Shown here in pieces: positions 50,457 to 60,452 of a DNA stretch of 64,000 nt (the stretch's first letter is position 1; every line of letters begins with the position of its first letter). Source of the stretch: an uncultured Verrucomicrobiae bacterium (GTDB taxonomy: Bacteria; Verrucomicrobiota; Verrucomicrobiia; Chthoniobacterales; UBA10450); assembly GCA_963726745.1 (NCBI GenBank), contig CAVSDR010000003.1, positions 320,001 to 384,000 of the forward strand. Reading direction: 5' to 3'. The notes beneath the pieces were generated by a model, which was not told the origin of the DNA, did not search any database, and saw only the letters and a program-made list of their open reading frames with translations. A program made the translations under genes and the position numbers.

Positions 50457-52043
50457 CTAACGGGGCGTGGCCGCCGGCGCCGGCGTGGGATTCAAGTCCT
50501 GCTCCACTTTTCGCAGGAGAGCGCTCGCGGGAGCGTTGGGCACGATCCGCAGGACGCTGCGGACCACGTCGAGAGCGCGCTTCGGTTTCTCCTGGCCGAT
50601 CCAGGCCGCGGCTTCCTCCAGGACTACGCGCAGGATGTCGTCGCGCTTCGCATACATCGCGCGCGCTTGTTGGAAGTAACTCGTGGCCGCGGCGAAGTTT
50701 CCCTCACGCGCTTCCATCCCGCCGAGGTCCTCGATCATGGCCGCGTTCCGCCCTTTCGAGGCCGCCGCACGCGCCGCGGCGCGATACTCCGCCGGCGGCA
50801 GGGTGGCATTCTGGACCGCAAAGTTATGATACATTTTCCAATCAGGCAGGTCGCCGGCTTTGGATGTTTCGCGTTTCGGTTCGAGCCTCAACCACGCGGC
50901 ATACGGCCGGTAAAGCGGATCGCCCACCATCACCGTCATCCAGGAAAGCGCGGGCGTGGCCATGTAGGCGCTTTCCGCAAAGGTAAAGCCGTGCAGCAGG
51001 CGGTCGTTGAACAGCTCGAGGTGCGTCGTGAGCTGGAGGAACGGCTCGTAGACGTTGCCTAACGAGACCGCCGCCCCCTTGGTCAGGAGCGGCGCCACCC
51101 AATTCGCGTTTGGGTCCCGCAGGGTGCTGGCACTGAAGGAATGGATGTGCACTGCAACCGCCCCGGGAAGAAAACGAAAATCCGCGTCGCTGAAAGCGCC
51201 GGCTATCCCGGCGGCATACCAGCCGTAATACAAGGCGCAGTCGGTAATCGGGTAGCCGTTCGGGAAGATTGCCGGCGCGTTGTCATAGACCGTCGGAATG
51301 CCCGCGGCCCGCAGCCCGTCGACCACGCTCGCGAGCCAGCGATCGCCAATCTCCAAACCATTGGCATGATTCTGCGCCCCATCGACGAATCCCCGCCCCC
51401 AAAGCCCGTTCTTCTCAGTCTCCATCGCATCAGTGATCATCCGGCGCACCGTCGCCGCGGTAGGCGCGTCCAGCCGGCAAACGAGCAGCAGCGCCGGGTC
51501 CGTCTCTTCGGTCACGCTGCGGTAGCTCTGGAAGTAGGGATTGTTAGCCGCGCCGGAGATCTGGCGCGTGTTCACTCCCAGGATGGCCAACTCGGAATCG
51601 ACCGAGGCATCGTTGCGGCTGCCGATCGGGCCGCCTTGGTTGACGTCGCCTTCGTAGGCCTCGGCCTGCCCGCGAATCTTCAAGGGCATCCCCTTCATCA
51701 GCGCGACGAAGCGGATCGTGCTCGCGTCCACCCGCGGCCGTCCGTCGGGCCCGTCGCGAAAGCTCCACCAACGCCGCTCGCGAAAGAGCCCGCGCAGGGG
51801 CGCGGCCAGGGTGCGGTCGTACTCTTCGCGCGAGATTTCCTCCGCGGTCGAACAGGAAACGCCGACCACATGGTCGCGCGCGATCCCGCGTTTCTGCGCG
51901 TAAAATTTGGCCAGCTCGGCCGATTCCGTGCTCGCCTGATTGTAGATCACAACGGTGGCTGCGGCCAGGTCCTGCGCGCGGAGATTGCTCGTTAGGCCAG
52001 GCGCCGCGAGCAGCGCCACGAGGAAGAACGCCGGGAAGCGCAT
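50457..52043 (-). CDS. TIGR03790-family protein (PEP-CTERM-associated)
   Basis: VVIYN...S.ELA.FYA.KRGI, ASVDSELA, LVCRLDAP, YYGWY, PGAVAVHIHSFSA, GNVYEPFL, VGDPLYRP. Confidence 0.85.
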   Translation of the reverse strand: MRFPAFFLVALLAAPGLTSNLRAQDLAAATVVIYNQASTESAELAKFYAQKRGIARDHVVGVSCSTAEEISREEYDRTLAAPLRGLFRERRWWSFRDGPDGRPRVDASTIRFVALMKGMPLKIRGQAEAYEGDVNQGGPIGSRNDASVDSELAILGVNTRQISGAANNPYFQSYRSVTEETDPALLLVCRLDAPTAATVRRMITDAMETEKNGLWGRGFVDGAQNHANGLEIGDRWLASVVDGLRAAGIPTVYDNAPAIFPNGYPITDCALYYGWYAAGIAGAFSDADFRFLPGAVAVHIHSFSASTLRDPNANWVAPLLTKGAAVSLGNVYEPFLQLTTHLELFNDRLLHGFTFAESAYMATPALSWMTVMVGDPLYRPYAAWLRLEPKRETSKAGDLPDWKMYHNFAVQNATLPPAEYRAAARAAASKGRNAAMIEDLGGMEAREGNFAAATSYFQQARAMYAKRDDILRVVLEEAAAWIGQEKPKRALDVVRSVLRIVPNAPASALLRKVEQDLNPTPAPAATPR

Positions 52044-52047
52044 CAGG

Positions 52048-52848
52048 TCACAACTCTAGCTTCAGGCCGTCGTAGGCAATGAAAGTATTCGGCGGCAGCT
52101 CGGCCTCCGCGCTGTGCGCCAGCTCGTGCGCGATGTGCGTGAAGAAAGTGCGCTCCGGCTGCACGCGGCTGGCGGCTTCGATCGCCTGGTCCACGCTCAG
52201 GTGCGTCGGGTGCGGCTTCGGGCGGAGCGCATCGACAATGAACACTTTCACGCCGCGGATCTTGTCGGCTATTTCGTCCGGGACCGCGCTGCAATCGCTC
52301 AGGTAGGCGACCAGCTTTTCGCCCCCGCGGGAAAAGAGGTAGCCGTAGACTTCGGTGTGCCCGTGCGGCACCGGCAGCGGCGTGAGCGTGGTCGCGCCGA
52401 GCTGGAACGGCCCATCGACGATGTGCGGCTCCGGTTTCAGGTAACCGGGAAACGGATTTGTCGCCTTGAAGGCGAACTCAAAAACGCGGGCCAGATCTTT
52501 CATCGTCGCGGCCGAGGCGTAGACCGGCATGTAGCCCTTGGCCGCGCCAAAGCGGCGGAGGTCGTCGAAGCCCATCACGTGGTCGGTGTGCGAGTGCGTG
52601 AAGACGACCGCATCGAGATGCCGGATCTTTGCCCGCAGCGCCTGCGTGCGGAAATCCGTGCCGGTATCGACCACCAGGGAGCACTCCGGCGTTTCGATGA
52701 AAATCGACGAGCGCAGCCGCTGGTCGCGCGGGTCGGGCGAAGTGCAGACCGCGCAGTCGCAGCCGATCATGGGGACGCCCTGCGAGGTGCCGGTGCCGAG
52801 AAAAGTGAGGGAAAGTTGAGAGTTGATGGCGGAGCGGTGAAAGTTCAG
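52048..52848 (-). CDS. MBL-fold hydrolase (PhnP-like); start codon uncertain
   Basis: LTFLGTGTSQGVPMIGCDC..C, VDTGTDFR.Q, THSHTDH..G.DDLR. Confidence 0.9.
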   Translation of the reverse strand: MNFHRSAINSQLSLTFLGTGTSQGVPMIGCDCAVCTSPDPRDQRLRSSIFIETPECSLVVDTGTDFRTQALRAKIRHLDAVVFTHSHTDHVMGFDDLRRFGAAKGYMPVYASAATMKDLARVFEFAFKATNPFPGYLKPEPHIVDGPFQLGATTLTPLPVPHGHTEVYGYLFSRGGEKLVAYLSDCSAVPDEIADKIRGVKVFIVDALRPKPHPTHLSVDQAIEAASRVQPERTFFTHIAHELAHSAEAELPPNTFIAYDGLKLEL

Positions 52849-52893
52849 AACGCGAAGCGAGCACTCTCACTCCGCAACCTGCAAGACTCAACC

Positions 52894-54549
52894 ATGCCCG
52901 CCGTCCTCCAGCTCCTGCGCATCAAAAACCTCGCGCTGGTCGAAGACCTCCAGTGGCAGCTCGGCCCGGGCTTTACCGCGATCACCGGCGAGACCGGCGC
53001 GGGCAAGTCGATCATCATCGGCGCGCTCCAGCTCTTGTTAGGCGAACGCGCCGACAAAACGCTCATCCGCACCGGCGCGGAGCTCTGCACGGTCGAAGCG
53101 GTCTTCGAGGGCGCGGAGCTGCGGAAATTAAACAGCAAGCTGGAGGAAGCGGGCGTGGAACCGTGCGAAACCGAGCTGATTTTGAAGCGCTCGCTTTCCG
53201 CCAGCGGGACGAACCGCCAGTTCATCAACGGCTCGCCGACCACGCTCGCCGTCTTGAAGTCGTTAGGCGACGAATTGGTCGATCTCCATGGCCCGCACGA
53301 TCACCAGTCGCTCCTCTCGCCGGAGCGGCAGCTCGGGTTGCTCGACGCCTTTGCGCACGCGGAGACGGCGGAGTTCTCCGCGAAGTTCCGCGCGCTTCAG
53401 GCGCTGGTCGCGGAGCGCGAGACCTTGAGCACGGCGGAGTCGGCGCGGGCGCAGGAGCTGGATTTGTTGCGCCACCAGGTCGCGGAAATCTCCAGCGCCA
53501 ACCTCGCCCCGGAGGAGGAAGCGGAGATCGAGGCGCGCTACAAATTAGGCAGCAACTCGAAGCGCCTGATCGAGCTGGCCAGCGCCGTGGCCACGCGTTT
53601 GACCGAGGCAGACGACGCCATCGTCGCGCAACTCGGCGAGACGCAGCGTTTGTTGCGCGAGCTGGAAAAGATCGACCCGGAAATCGCCGACCTCTCCGCG
53701 GCCCACGCCGCGAGCGTGACCGAGCTGGGCGAGATCGCGCGCACCTTGATCCATTATGCCGACAAGCTCGACCTCGACCCGGCGCAGCTGAGCGCGCTCG
53801 AGCAACGCGTCTCGCTTTTCGAGACGCTCAAGCGCAAATACGGCGCGACCTTGCCGGAAGTGATCGCGTTTGGCGACGCCGCCGCGGAGCGGATGCGCAA
53901 GATCGAGGGGCGCGACGAGGAATTGGAACGGCTCGCGGGCGCGATCGCGCAGGCACAATCGGAGGTGAAACGCGCGGGCGAAGCGCTGCATAAGCTGCGG
54001 GCCAAAGCCGCGCCGAAGTTGTCGGCTAAAATTCGCGAGAACCTGCGCGACCTCGGTTTTCGACAATCGGAGTTCGAGGTGAAACTGGAGTCGTTAGGCG
54101 AGCCAAACCTCCGGGGCTACGACGCGGTCGAGCTGCTCTTCTCCCCCAACCCCGGCGAACCGCTCAAGCCGCTGCGCAGCATCGCTTCCAGTGGCGAAAT
54201 CTCGCGCTTGATGCTCGCAATCAAGGGCGCGCTCGCGGCGCAGGATGCGATTCCGCTGCTCGTCTTTGACGAGATCGACGCCAACGTGGGCGGCGAAATC
54301 GCCAACGCCGTGGGCGCGAAGATGCGCGCGCTCGCGGAGGAGCATCAGGTGCTTTGCATCACCCACCTGCCGCAAGTCGCAGCCGCGGCCAGCGCGCATT
54401 TTGTGGTTACCAAGGAAGTCGCCGGTGGCCGCACGTACTCCGAGTTGCGCGAGGTCACGAGCAAAGCCCGCCGCGAAGAAATCGCGCGCATGCTCGGGGG
54501 CGCGAGTGAATCCGCCCTGCGCCACGCGGCCACGCTCCTGAAAGCCTGA
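52894..54549 (+). CDS. recN: DNA repair protein RecN
   Basis: ITGETGAGKS, HGPHDHQ, ASSGEISRLML, FDEIDA, ITHLPQVAA, EEIARML. Confidence 0.97.
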   Translation: MPAVLQLLRIKNLALVEDLQWQLGPGFTAITGETGAGKSIIIGALQLLLGERADKTLIRTGAELCTVEAVFEGAELRKLNSKLEEAGVEPCETELILKRSLSASGTNRQFINGSPTTLAVLKSLGDELVDLHGPHDHQSLLSPERQLGLLDAFAHAETAEFSAKFRALQALVAERETLSTAESARAQELDLLRHQVAEISSANLAPEEEAEIEARYKLGSNSKRLIELASAVATRLTEADDAIVAQLGETQRLLRELEKIDPEIADLSAAHAASVTELGEIARTLIHYADKLDLDPAQLSALEQRVSLFETLKRKYGATLPEVIAFGDAAAERMRKIEGRDEELERLAGAIAQAQSEVKRAGEALHKLRAKAAPKLSAKIRENLRDLGFRQSEFEVKLESLGEPNLRGYDAVELLFSPNPGEPLKPLRSIASSGEISRLMLAIKGALAAQDAIPLLVFDEIDANVGGEIANAVGAKMRALAEEHQVLCITHLPQVAAAASAHFVVTKEVAGGRTYSELREVTSKARREEIARMLGGASESALRHAATLLKA

Positions 54550-54552
54550 CGG

Positions 54553-55836
54553 CTATTTCTTCGGCTGGAGGATGCGATCTCCGGCGCGCGCGGCCGGCTG
54601 GATTTCCCACCCGGGACGGAGCTCGAGCTTCCAACCCGCGCCCTCAGGCGCCGGCACGGTGATGCGGGAGAAGTCGGAACTTAGGAGCGCGCCGCCGCGC
54701 GTGACCGTGAGGATGCCCCATTCGTCGACGATGCGGATCTTCGGGTAAACGGTGCCGGGCGCGCCCAGCGGAACGAGATCGCCGGGATCGAACTGCAGCT
54801 GCATTTTCGCCAACGGGATGATCAAAACGGGACCGTCGACGAGGCGGGCGCGATAGTCGGCCCGGCGCGCGGCGTGTTCCCGCTCGCGACGTTCCTCGGT
54901 TTCCTCCAGTTCCTGCGCGCCATAGCTCGCGGCGCGCTTCGCGGCGAGGGCGGCGAGGTTCGTGGGCAATTCGAACTGAACGGCCCGCGCCAGCAGCGCC
55001 GCCAGGTCGTCGTCTATTTTTAACGCTTTCCGCCAGCCGGGCTGCGCGTCGTCTAAGAGGAGCCCGTAAGCAGGACCGGTGGCGTAGGCAAAAGCGCGGA
55101 CAAAACTCGGCTGCCGCGGCGCCTCGGCCAATTCGTGTTCGACGACAAATCGAGGCCGATCGGCGCGCGCACCCAGCCTGACGCCGGTGTATTCCGCGAG
55201 GCCTTCGTTGATCTCCAGCGCGCGCTCGGCCGCGGCCGCCGTGGGAAAAATTTCCCGCCGGCGCGCCCGGAAAAGAAGCGCATCGCCCGTGGCCGCGGCG
55301 CGCTTCTCGGCAGAAGCCTGCAAAGCCGCCGCGAGCGCGCGCCACTCGAGCTGCAACCAAGAACGACCCTCGCGGGTGTCGAGGTGCTCATTGCCCATCT
55401 CCTCGCTCGCGAAACCGAGATCCGCTTGCACGCGATGCCAGAGCTCATGCGCCAGGAGGACGCGGCGCCGTTCCTCATCCGCCGGCAACGGCAGCCGCAG
55501 CATCGTCCACCGCACCCCGGCCCAGGCGAGCGCGGTATTGGCTACGTTGATCTCGACGGGTAATTCGCCCACGAAGATTTTCCCGCGCGGTTGCAGGCGG
55601 CCTTCGGCATCGGCCTGGTTGGCGAAGACGGCGCGCGTGCCGGGGTCGACCAGGAGGATCGGGCCGCAGAGCGAGCGGCCCCAGAGGGCGCCGCCATCCG
55701 CCGTGCAGAGATTCCGGGCGCTTTCGAACGCGGCCGCGGCTGCGGGTGCACCTGTCTCCCCGTCGCCGGCGCCAGCGCCGCGTCCGCAAATTCCGGTCGC
55801 GAGAAAGATCCAGCCTGCGAGGACGACGGGACGCAT
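54553..55836 (-). CDS. Secreted hypothetical protein, putative zincin metallopeptidase
   Basis: Signal peptide; LAHELWH (HExxH) and downstream NEGLAEY. Confidence 0.6.
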   Translation of the reverse strand: MRPVVLAGWIFLATGICGRGAGAGDGETGAPAAAAAFESARNLCTADGGALWGRSLCGPILLVDPGTRAVFANQADAEGRLQPRGKIFVGELPVEINVANTALAWAGVRWTMLRLPLPADEERRRVLLAHELWHRVQADLGFASEEMGNEHLDTREGRSWLQLEWRALAAALQASAEKRAAATGDALLFRARRREIFPTAAAAERALEINEGLAEYTGVRLGARADRPRFVVEHELAEAPRQPSFVRAFAYATGPAYGLLLDDAQPGWRKALKIDDDLAALLARAVQFELPTNLAALAAKRAASYGAQELEETEERREREHAARRADYRARLVDGPVLIIPLAKMQLQFDPGDLVPLGAPGTVYPKIRIVDEWGILTVTRGGALLSSDFSRITVPAPEGAGWKLELRPGWEIQPAARAGDRILQPKK

Positions 55837-55876
55837 GCACTAGAGAGACGCCGCCAGCGCCGGCTTTTGCCTCCCG

Positions 55877-56731
55877 CTAGAGTTGCTCCACGCGGCAGCC
55901 GCGTTTTCGCAGGAGCGCAAGCAGGCCGTTTGGCCCGCCCATGTGCGCCGCGCCGACGACGATCATGGTGGTGCGCCCGCCGCCCAGATAGCCTTCGATC
56001 TTCGGGAGCCAGCGGAGGTTGCGATCCTCCAGGAGGCGATCGGCCAGCACGGGATAATCGCGATAGCTCGAGCGAGTGGAACGCCAGAGAAAATCGGCGT
56101 CGCCGCGGCGCCAGGCGGCGACCACGTCGCGGCCGCTCGCGCCTTCGGTTTGCGGGACAAACGTGAGCAAAAGCGTGGCCTCCGCCTGCACATCGCTCAT
56201 CCCGACAAAGACGTCGGCATGTTCGCGGGCCGATTCCAGCCCGGCGGTGGCCTTGCCGTTGGTGCGCGCGCGCCGGGTGAGGAACTCCTCCACCCCGAGA
56301 TCGTGGGAAAAGCCGCCGGCGTTCGGATTCTCGAAGTAGAAAGCCAGCAGCCACGGGCGGTAGCGGGCGAACTTTTCCTCTGGCACGCGCAAGAGAGCGA
56401 AGATGCGGCGGAGGTACTCGTAGGTCCGCGGATCGACGTGCCGCTGGAGGCTGTCGCCGCGGGGATACTCGCCCGCTTTCTCCATGCTCTCGGAACTGCG
56501 CTCGAGCGCGCCCGGTTCGACCTCGAAGACGAGCCGCGTAGAGGCCTCGAAGGCGCGGTTGTATTCCGGCGGCAGCGGGTAATCGATCCCGCGGAGCGAG
56601 TGCATCGAGCCAGCGAGATAGATCACCTGGCCCTTGGCATTGGTCGCGCGCCAGACGGCGCTGCCGGCGCGGGCGCTCGCGGGCAGGAGGAGCAAAAGCA
56701 GGAGACCAACGAAGCCGCGCAGCGTGAGCAT
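55877..56731 (-). CDS. TraB/GumN (Tiki-like) family protein
   Basis: IYL.GSMH, LVFE, GLES, DRN..W, VVGAAH. Confidence 0.9.
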   Translation of the reverse strand: MLTLRGFVGLLLLLLLPASARAGSAVWRATNAKGQVIYLAGSMHSLRGIDYPLPPEYNRAFEASTRLVFEVEPGALERSSESMEKAGEYPRGDSLQRHVDPRTYEYLRRIFALLRVPEEKFARYRPWLLAFYFENPNAGGFSHDLGVEEFLTRRARTNGKATAGLESAREHADVFVGMSDVQAEATLLLTFVPQTEGASGRDVVAAWRRGDADFLWRSTRSSYRDYPVLADRLLEDRNLRWLPKIEGYLGGGRTTMIVVGAAHMGGPNGLLALLRKRGCRVEQL

Positions 56732-56811
56732 GTGGCGGCGTTCTAACAAGTCGTCGCGCGGCGGACAAGTTCGCGCTTGGAATGCGCCCGCACGCGACCT
56801 ACAAAACCGGC

Positions 56812-57858
56812 ATGAGCCCGGCGCGGTCCATCTTGCTGGCTGTTTTTCTCCTCGCCGTGGTCCTTTTCGCGACCGCGGCCCGGGCGCAGGACCCGGCGAT
56901 CGAGCGTCTTTTAAAGAAACTCCCGCCACCGGAAAAGCTGGTGAAACCGCCGGTTAAACGCGTGCTCGAGAGCCGCGAGCAGGTGCTGCAGGATCCACTC
57001 GCGCGTCAGGCGGTGGAAAGTTATTTCCGCGGCAACGCCGTCGCGACCACCAACGCCTTGCGCGCGCTGCGCTTAAAATATCCAAACAGCGCCGCGGCCC
57101 AGGAATTATGCGGCATTCTCGCCTGCGCCGCGCGGCAATTTCCGGAAGCGATCGCGGCGCTCCAGCGCGCGCTTGTGCTCGATCCGCGGCGGGCCTCGGC
57201 GCATCTCGGTTTGGCCTTGATCGATTGGGCCCAAGGCCGGCGCGGCGCGGCCTTGCCGCATCTCCGGCGCGTAACCGAGATTGAGCCCGGCTGGGCGGAA
57301 GCCTGGATTTTGTTGAGCGGTTGCGAAGAGGAACTGGGCCATCGCCAGCCGAGCGCGGAGGCCGCGCGCCGCGCGACCACGACCAACCCCGCGCTGCTCG
57401 ATGCCTGGGTGCAACTGGCGCGCGCCGAGAACCGGCTCGGGAACGCGCAGGGCTCGGTGCGCGCGCTGGCCAAGGCGAGCGAACTCGCACCGGATAACGC
57501 CGCCATCCAGGCGACCGCCGGCTTTGGATTTATCAACGTGAACCGTTGCGCGGAGGCGGTGCGCCCGCTCGCGCGCGCGGTGCAACTGGCGCCGAAGGAT
57601 TACCTGGTGCGCGCGCAATTTGGCTTCGCGCTCTTCGCCGCGGGACAAAACCAGGCGGCGATTGAACAGCTGCGCCGCGCGGCGGCGATCAACTCCAGCT
57701 ACGGCCCGGCGTGGGAACATCTTGGCCTCGCTTACCAGCGCGCCGGCTTGCATCGCGAAGCGCTGGAAGCGTTCCAAAAAGCGGCGCGCCTGCTGCCGAA
57801 TGATCCGCATCCGCGGCAACACCTGGCCGAGGAACAGCGCTTCGTCGCGCGGCGCTAA
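56812..57858 (+). CDS. Secreted TPR protein
   Basis: Signal peptide and multiple TPRs. Confidence 0.85.
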   Translation: MSPARSILLAVFLLAVVLFATAARAQDPAIERLLKKLPPPEKLVKPPVKRVLESREQVLQDPLARQAVESYFRGNAVATTNALRALRLKYPNSAAAQELCGILACAARQFPEAIAALQRALVLDPRRASAHLGLALIDWAQGRRGAALPHLRRVTEIEPGWAEAWILLSGCEEELGHRQPSAEAARRATTTNPALLDAWVQLARAENRLGNAQGSVRALAKASELAPDNAAIQATAGFGFINVNRCAEAVRPLARAVQLAPKDYLVRAQFGFALFAAGQNQAAIEQLRRAAAINSSYGPAWEHLGLAYQRAGLHREALEAFQKAARLLPNDPHPRQHLAEEQRFVARR

Positions 57859-59184
57859 ATGCTGAACAAGATCTGGCTCGCGCTCATCCTGCTGGCTGTC
57901 GGGATCGGCGGTTGGATGAACCGCCTGCCGGCGGTGACGGAAGGCGCCTTCGAAGGCGCGAAGACGGCAGTCACGATCGCGCTCGGGTTGATCGGAATCA
58001 TGGCGCTCTGGCTGGGCGTGATGCGCCTGGCGGAACGCGCCGGCCTGGTGCAACGCCTCGCGCGCGGACTGCGGCCGGTGATGAAGCGACTTTTCCCCGG
58101 CGTGCCGGAGGACCATCCGGCGATGGGCTCGATGCTAATGAACATGGCGGCCAACATGCTCGGCCTCGGGAACGCGGCCACGCCGCTCGGCCTCCGGGCG
58201 ATGCGCGACCTGGAGACGATCAACCCGCATCCCGGCACGGCGACGAACGCGATGTGCACCTTTCTCGCGATCAACACCAGCTCGGTCCAGCTCATTCCCA
58301 CGACCGCGATCGCCATTCTCGTGAGCGCCGGTTCGCGCAACCCGACGGCCATCGTCGGCACATCGCTGTTGGCCACGCTCTGCGCGGCGACGGTTGCCAT
58401 CACGATGGTGAAATTGCTCGAGAAGCTGCCGCTCTTCGCGGTCCGGCCGCACGAGTTGCCGCCTAAAACAGCCGACACTTTGGAGCCGCCGGTGGAAAGC
58501 CTTCTGCCGACCGCGCCGCCGCGGGTGCCCGGCTGGGGCGTGGCGCTGCTGACGTTGCTCGGGCTGTTCTTCGTCGCGCTCTTCATCCGGCAGGTTTTCC
58601 CGGAAACACTCGGTCTGCCGCTGGCGGCCACGCCGCTTCCACAGAGCTATTTCGTGCGCAGCGTGAGCGCACTTTCCATGCTGGCGATCCCGCTCCTGCT
58701 CTCGTTCTTCACCCTCTACGCCGCGCTTTGCGGGCTAAAGGTTTACGAGGAATTCGTCGAAGGGGCGAAGGAAGGTTTTGCCGTCATTCTCAAGATCATC
58801 CCTTTCCTCGTGACCATGCTGGTGGCGATCAACATGTTCAAAGGCGCCGGCGGGATCGATCTCCTGGCACAGGCGCTTTCGCCGATCCTAACCCCGCTGC
58901 ATTTCCCGACCGATCTCCTCCCGATCGCGCTCATGCGCCCGCTGAGCGGCGGCGCGACCCTGGCGCTTTTCACCGACGTGGTCCACCGGCTCGGACCGGA
59001 TAATTTAGTCAGCCTGATGGCCGCAACGGTTTACGGAAGCACCGAGACCACCTTCTACGTGGCCGCGGTTTACTTCGGCGCCGTGGGGGTAAAACAGACG
59101 CGGCACGCCATTCCCGCCGGGCTCCTGGCGGATTTCACCGGTGTGGTCGCCTCGGTTTTGATCTGCCGCGCGGTCCTGGCCTAA
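57859..59184 (+). CDS. SpmA/SpmB fusion (nucleoside-recognition gate domain) membrane protein
   Basis: ANMLGLGNAATPLGL.AM, VYEEFVEGAKEGF, MRPLSG, GSTETTFYV.AVYFG. Confidence 0.92.
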   Translation: MLNKIWLALILLAVGIGGWMNRLPAVTEGAFEGAKTAVTIALGLIGIMALWLGVMRLAERAGLVQRLARGLRPVMKRLFPGVPEDHPAMGSMLMNMAANMLGLGNAATPLGLRAMRDLETINPHPGTATNAMCTFLAINTSSVQLIPTTAIAILVSAGSRNPTAIVGTSLLATLCAATVAITMVKLLEKLPLFAVRPHELPPKTADTLEPPVESLLPTAPPRVPGWGVALLTLLGLFFVALFIRQVFPETLGLPLAATPLPQSYFVRSVSALSMLAIPLLLSFFTLYAALCGLKVYEEFVEGAKEGFAVILKIIPFLVTMLVAINMFKGAGGIDLLAQALSPILTPLHFPTDLLPIALMRPLSGGATLALFTDVVHRLGPDNLVSLMAATVYGSTETTFYVAAVYFGAVGVKQTRHAIPAGLLADFTGVVASVLICRAVLA

Positions 59185-59246
59185 CGGAAAGGGGAATTTT
59201 TCCCTCGCTCGCAGCGACGGGCTTTCCTATCGTCTCGGCTCGAAAC

Positions 59247-60428
59247 ATGATCCAGCGCGACTATCTCATCATCGGCGGCGGCATTGCCGGCGGCAGCGTA
59301 TGCGAAAGCATCCGCAAATACGACAAACGCGGATCAGTCACGCTCGTGGGCGCGGAAGCTTTCCCACCTTACAAGCGCTGGATGCTCTCGAAGAGCTTCC
59401 TGCGCGAGAAAGTCCCGCCGACAAAGAAGCTCCCGCACCTCGACGCGCAGTGGTACAACACTCACAAGATCGAGGCCCGCTTCGGCACCGTGGTTACGCA
59501 GTTAAACATCGACCGCCGCCTGGCCGTGCTCGGTAACGGCGAGACGATCGAGTTCAACAAAGCTTGCCTCGCGATGGGCAGCCGCCCGTTGCGTCCACCA
59601 GTGGCCGGCGTCGGTCTCGGCAATGTAATTTACCTGCGGACGACGCGCGACGCCATGGCCCTGCGGGAAATGGCGAGCCTCGAGAAAATGATCGTGGTCG
59701 TGGGCGGCGGATTGCTCGCCTGCGAGGTCGCCTCAAGCCTCAAGCAGCTCAAGTTCAAGGTGAGCATGATGCACCGGAACGCGTTTCTCCTGAATCGCTA
59801 CCTCGACCGCGAGACCGGCGACTGGCTTACCGGCTACTTCACGAAACACGGAGTCAGCCTCTTGTTAGGCGAAAGCCTTAACGGCTTCGAAGGCAAAACC
59901 GTCCTGCGCAACATCCAGACAAAGAGCGGCAACCGCGTGGCCGCCGGCGTGGCCGTAGTTGCATGCGGTTCCGAACCGAACCTCGAGCTCGTGCGGAACA
60001 CGCCGCTTTCCGGCCCGCACGGTTCACCCGTAAGCGAGTATCTCGAAACCGAGGAAAAGGGCATCTATGCCGTGGGCGATCTCGCTTTCTACCCGGACCG
60101 TTTAATGGGCGGCATGCGCCGGCAAACGCATTGGGAAAACGCGCGCGAGCAAGGCTTGGTCGCGGGCGCAAACATGACCGGCAAGAAACGCATCCGCTAC
60201 GAGCAAGTGCCGAACTTCTGGACGGAGATGTTCGATCTGCGACTGGACTTTGTCGGCGACTTCAGCCTTCCCGCGGGACGCCTCGCGACCACCGGGACGC
60301 ACGCGAAAAAGAAGTTCACCACCCGCGGCTACCAGGGCGACAAACTCCGTTCCATCCTCCTGTGCAACGGCACGCCGAAGGAAGTGGAAGCGGCCAAGAC
60401 GGAATTGCGCACTGCGCTCGGGAAGTAA
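59247..60428 (+). CDS. FAD-dependent pyridine nucleotide oxidoreductase (ferredoxin-reductase-like)
   Basis: IIGGGIAG, PY.R..LSK, VVVGGG, IYAVGD, HWENA..QG..AG.NM, VP.FW. Confidence 0.9.
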   Translation: MIQRDYLIIGGGIAGGSVCESIRKYDKRGSVTLVGAEAFPPYKRWMLSKSFLREKVPPTKKLPHLDAQWYNTHKIEARFGTVVTQLNIDRRLAVLGNGETIEFNKACLAMGSRPLRPPVAGVGLGNVIYLRTTRDAMALREMASLEKMIVVVGGGLLACEVASSLKQLKFKVSMMHRNAFLLNRYLDRETGDWLTGYFTKHGVSLLLGESLNGFEGKTVLRNIQTKSGNRVAAGVAVVACGSEPNLELVRNTPLSGPHGSPVSEYLETEEKGIYAVGDLAFYPDRLMGGMRRQTHWENAREQGLVAGANMTGKKRIRYEQVPNFWTEMFDLRLDFVGDFSLPAGRLATTGTHAKKKFTTRGYQGDKLRSILLCNGTPKEVEAAKTELRTALGK

Positions 60429-60452
60429 GCGAAATTTGGGGTATCATCCCCG

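Noticed and set aside
49608..51062. 484-aa extended LpxA overlapping TIGR03790
   Set aside because: A one-base deletion near 50432 hides the canonical SERGIIR* end at 50455.
57859..59184. Sporulation gene (SpmA/B) in a Gram-negative
   Set aside because: Fused SpmAB/gate-domain proteins are widespread in non-sporulating bacteria.
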